Of a stretch of DNA of 20,000 bases, positions 19,828 to 20,000 are shown piece by piece (positions within the stretch are counted from its first letter, which is position 1; every line of letters begins with the position of its first letter). The position numbers and the translations under genes are program-made. The stretch is from Chiloscyllium plagiosum. Its lineage: Eukaryota. Where the stretch lies: contig NC_057718.1 in assembly GCF_004010195.1 (NCBI RefSeq), positions 31,086,860-31,106,859 on the forward strand. Direction: 5' to 3'. A model generated the notes under the pieces. It was not told the origin of the DNA and did not search any database. It saw only the letters and a list, made by a program, of their open reading frames with translations.

Positions 19828-20000
19828 AAATTAAACTACATTTATTTCAATGCAAGGGGCCTAACAGGGAAGGCAGATGAACTCAGGGCATGGTTAGGAA
19901 CATGGGAGTGGGCTATCTTAGCAATTACAGAAATATGGCTCTGGGATGGGCAGGTTAATGTTCCAGCTTAATGTTCCAGGATACAAATGCTACAGGAAGG
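19828..20000 (+). pseudogene. CR1 ORF2 N-terminus (APE endonuclease), runs off window end
   Basis: Reads KLNYIYFNARGLTGKADELRAWLGTWEWAILAITEIWL..NVPGYKCYRK, matching the NxRG and (T)ExW APE motifs. Confidence 0.9.

Noticed and set aside
1..20000. CRISPR array or prokaryotic/phage operon-like system
   Set aside because: No regularly spaced repeats and no dense long ORFs. The content is vertebrate retrotransposon debris.

Overview
Eukaryotic, repeat-rich, intergenic or intronic DNA. The repeat families (CR1 LINEs ending in (GACTCTAT)n, Penelope-like elements with the ...GCACAGCAGGTCAGGCAGCATC... terminus, a DeuSINE-like head) suggest a cartilaginous fish (shark); this is inferred from recalled families, not from a search. 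I recognise no intact host protein-coding gene. Well over half of the window is decayed retrotransposon. It holds several CR1 LINE copies of different ages (one with an SGNH-esterase ORF1 and the start of the APE endonuclease), two fragments of a second CR1/L2-group family, and two long Penelope-like elements (RT + GIY-YIG). It also holds six short Penelope terminal-repeat insertions, most with a minimal hammerhead-ribozyme-like motif and several with target-site duplications. Many insertions are nested, so their order can be read. Two unique, CpG-retaining blocks (~1.3-4.1 kb and ~11.15-13.05 kb) look regulatory. They contain a tandem pair of inverted SOX sites and a tandem TCF/LEF site. A 66-N assembly gap lies at 15441-15506. 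I found no convincing evidence of a wholly new biological system. The best leads are the ribozyme-bearing mini-elements and the two putative regulatory blocks.
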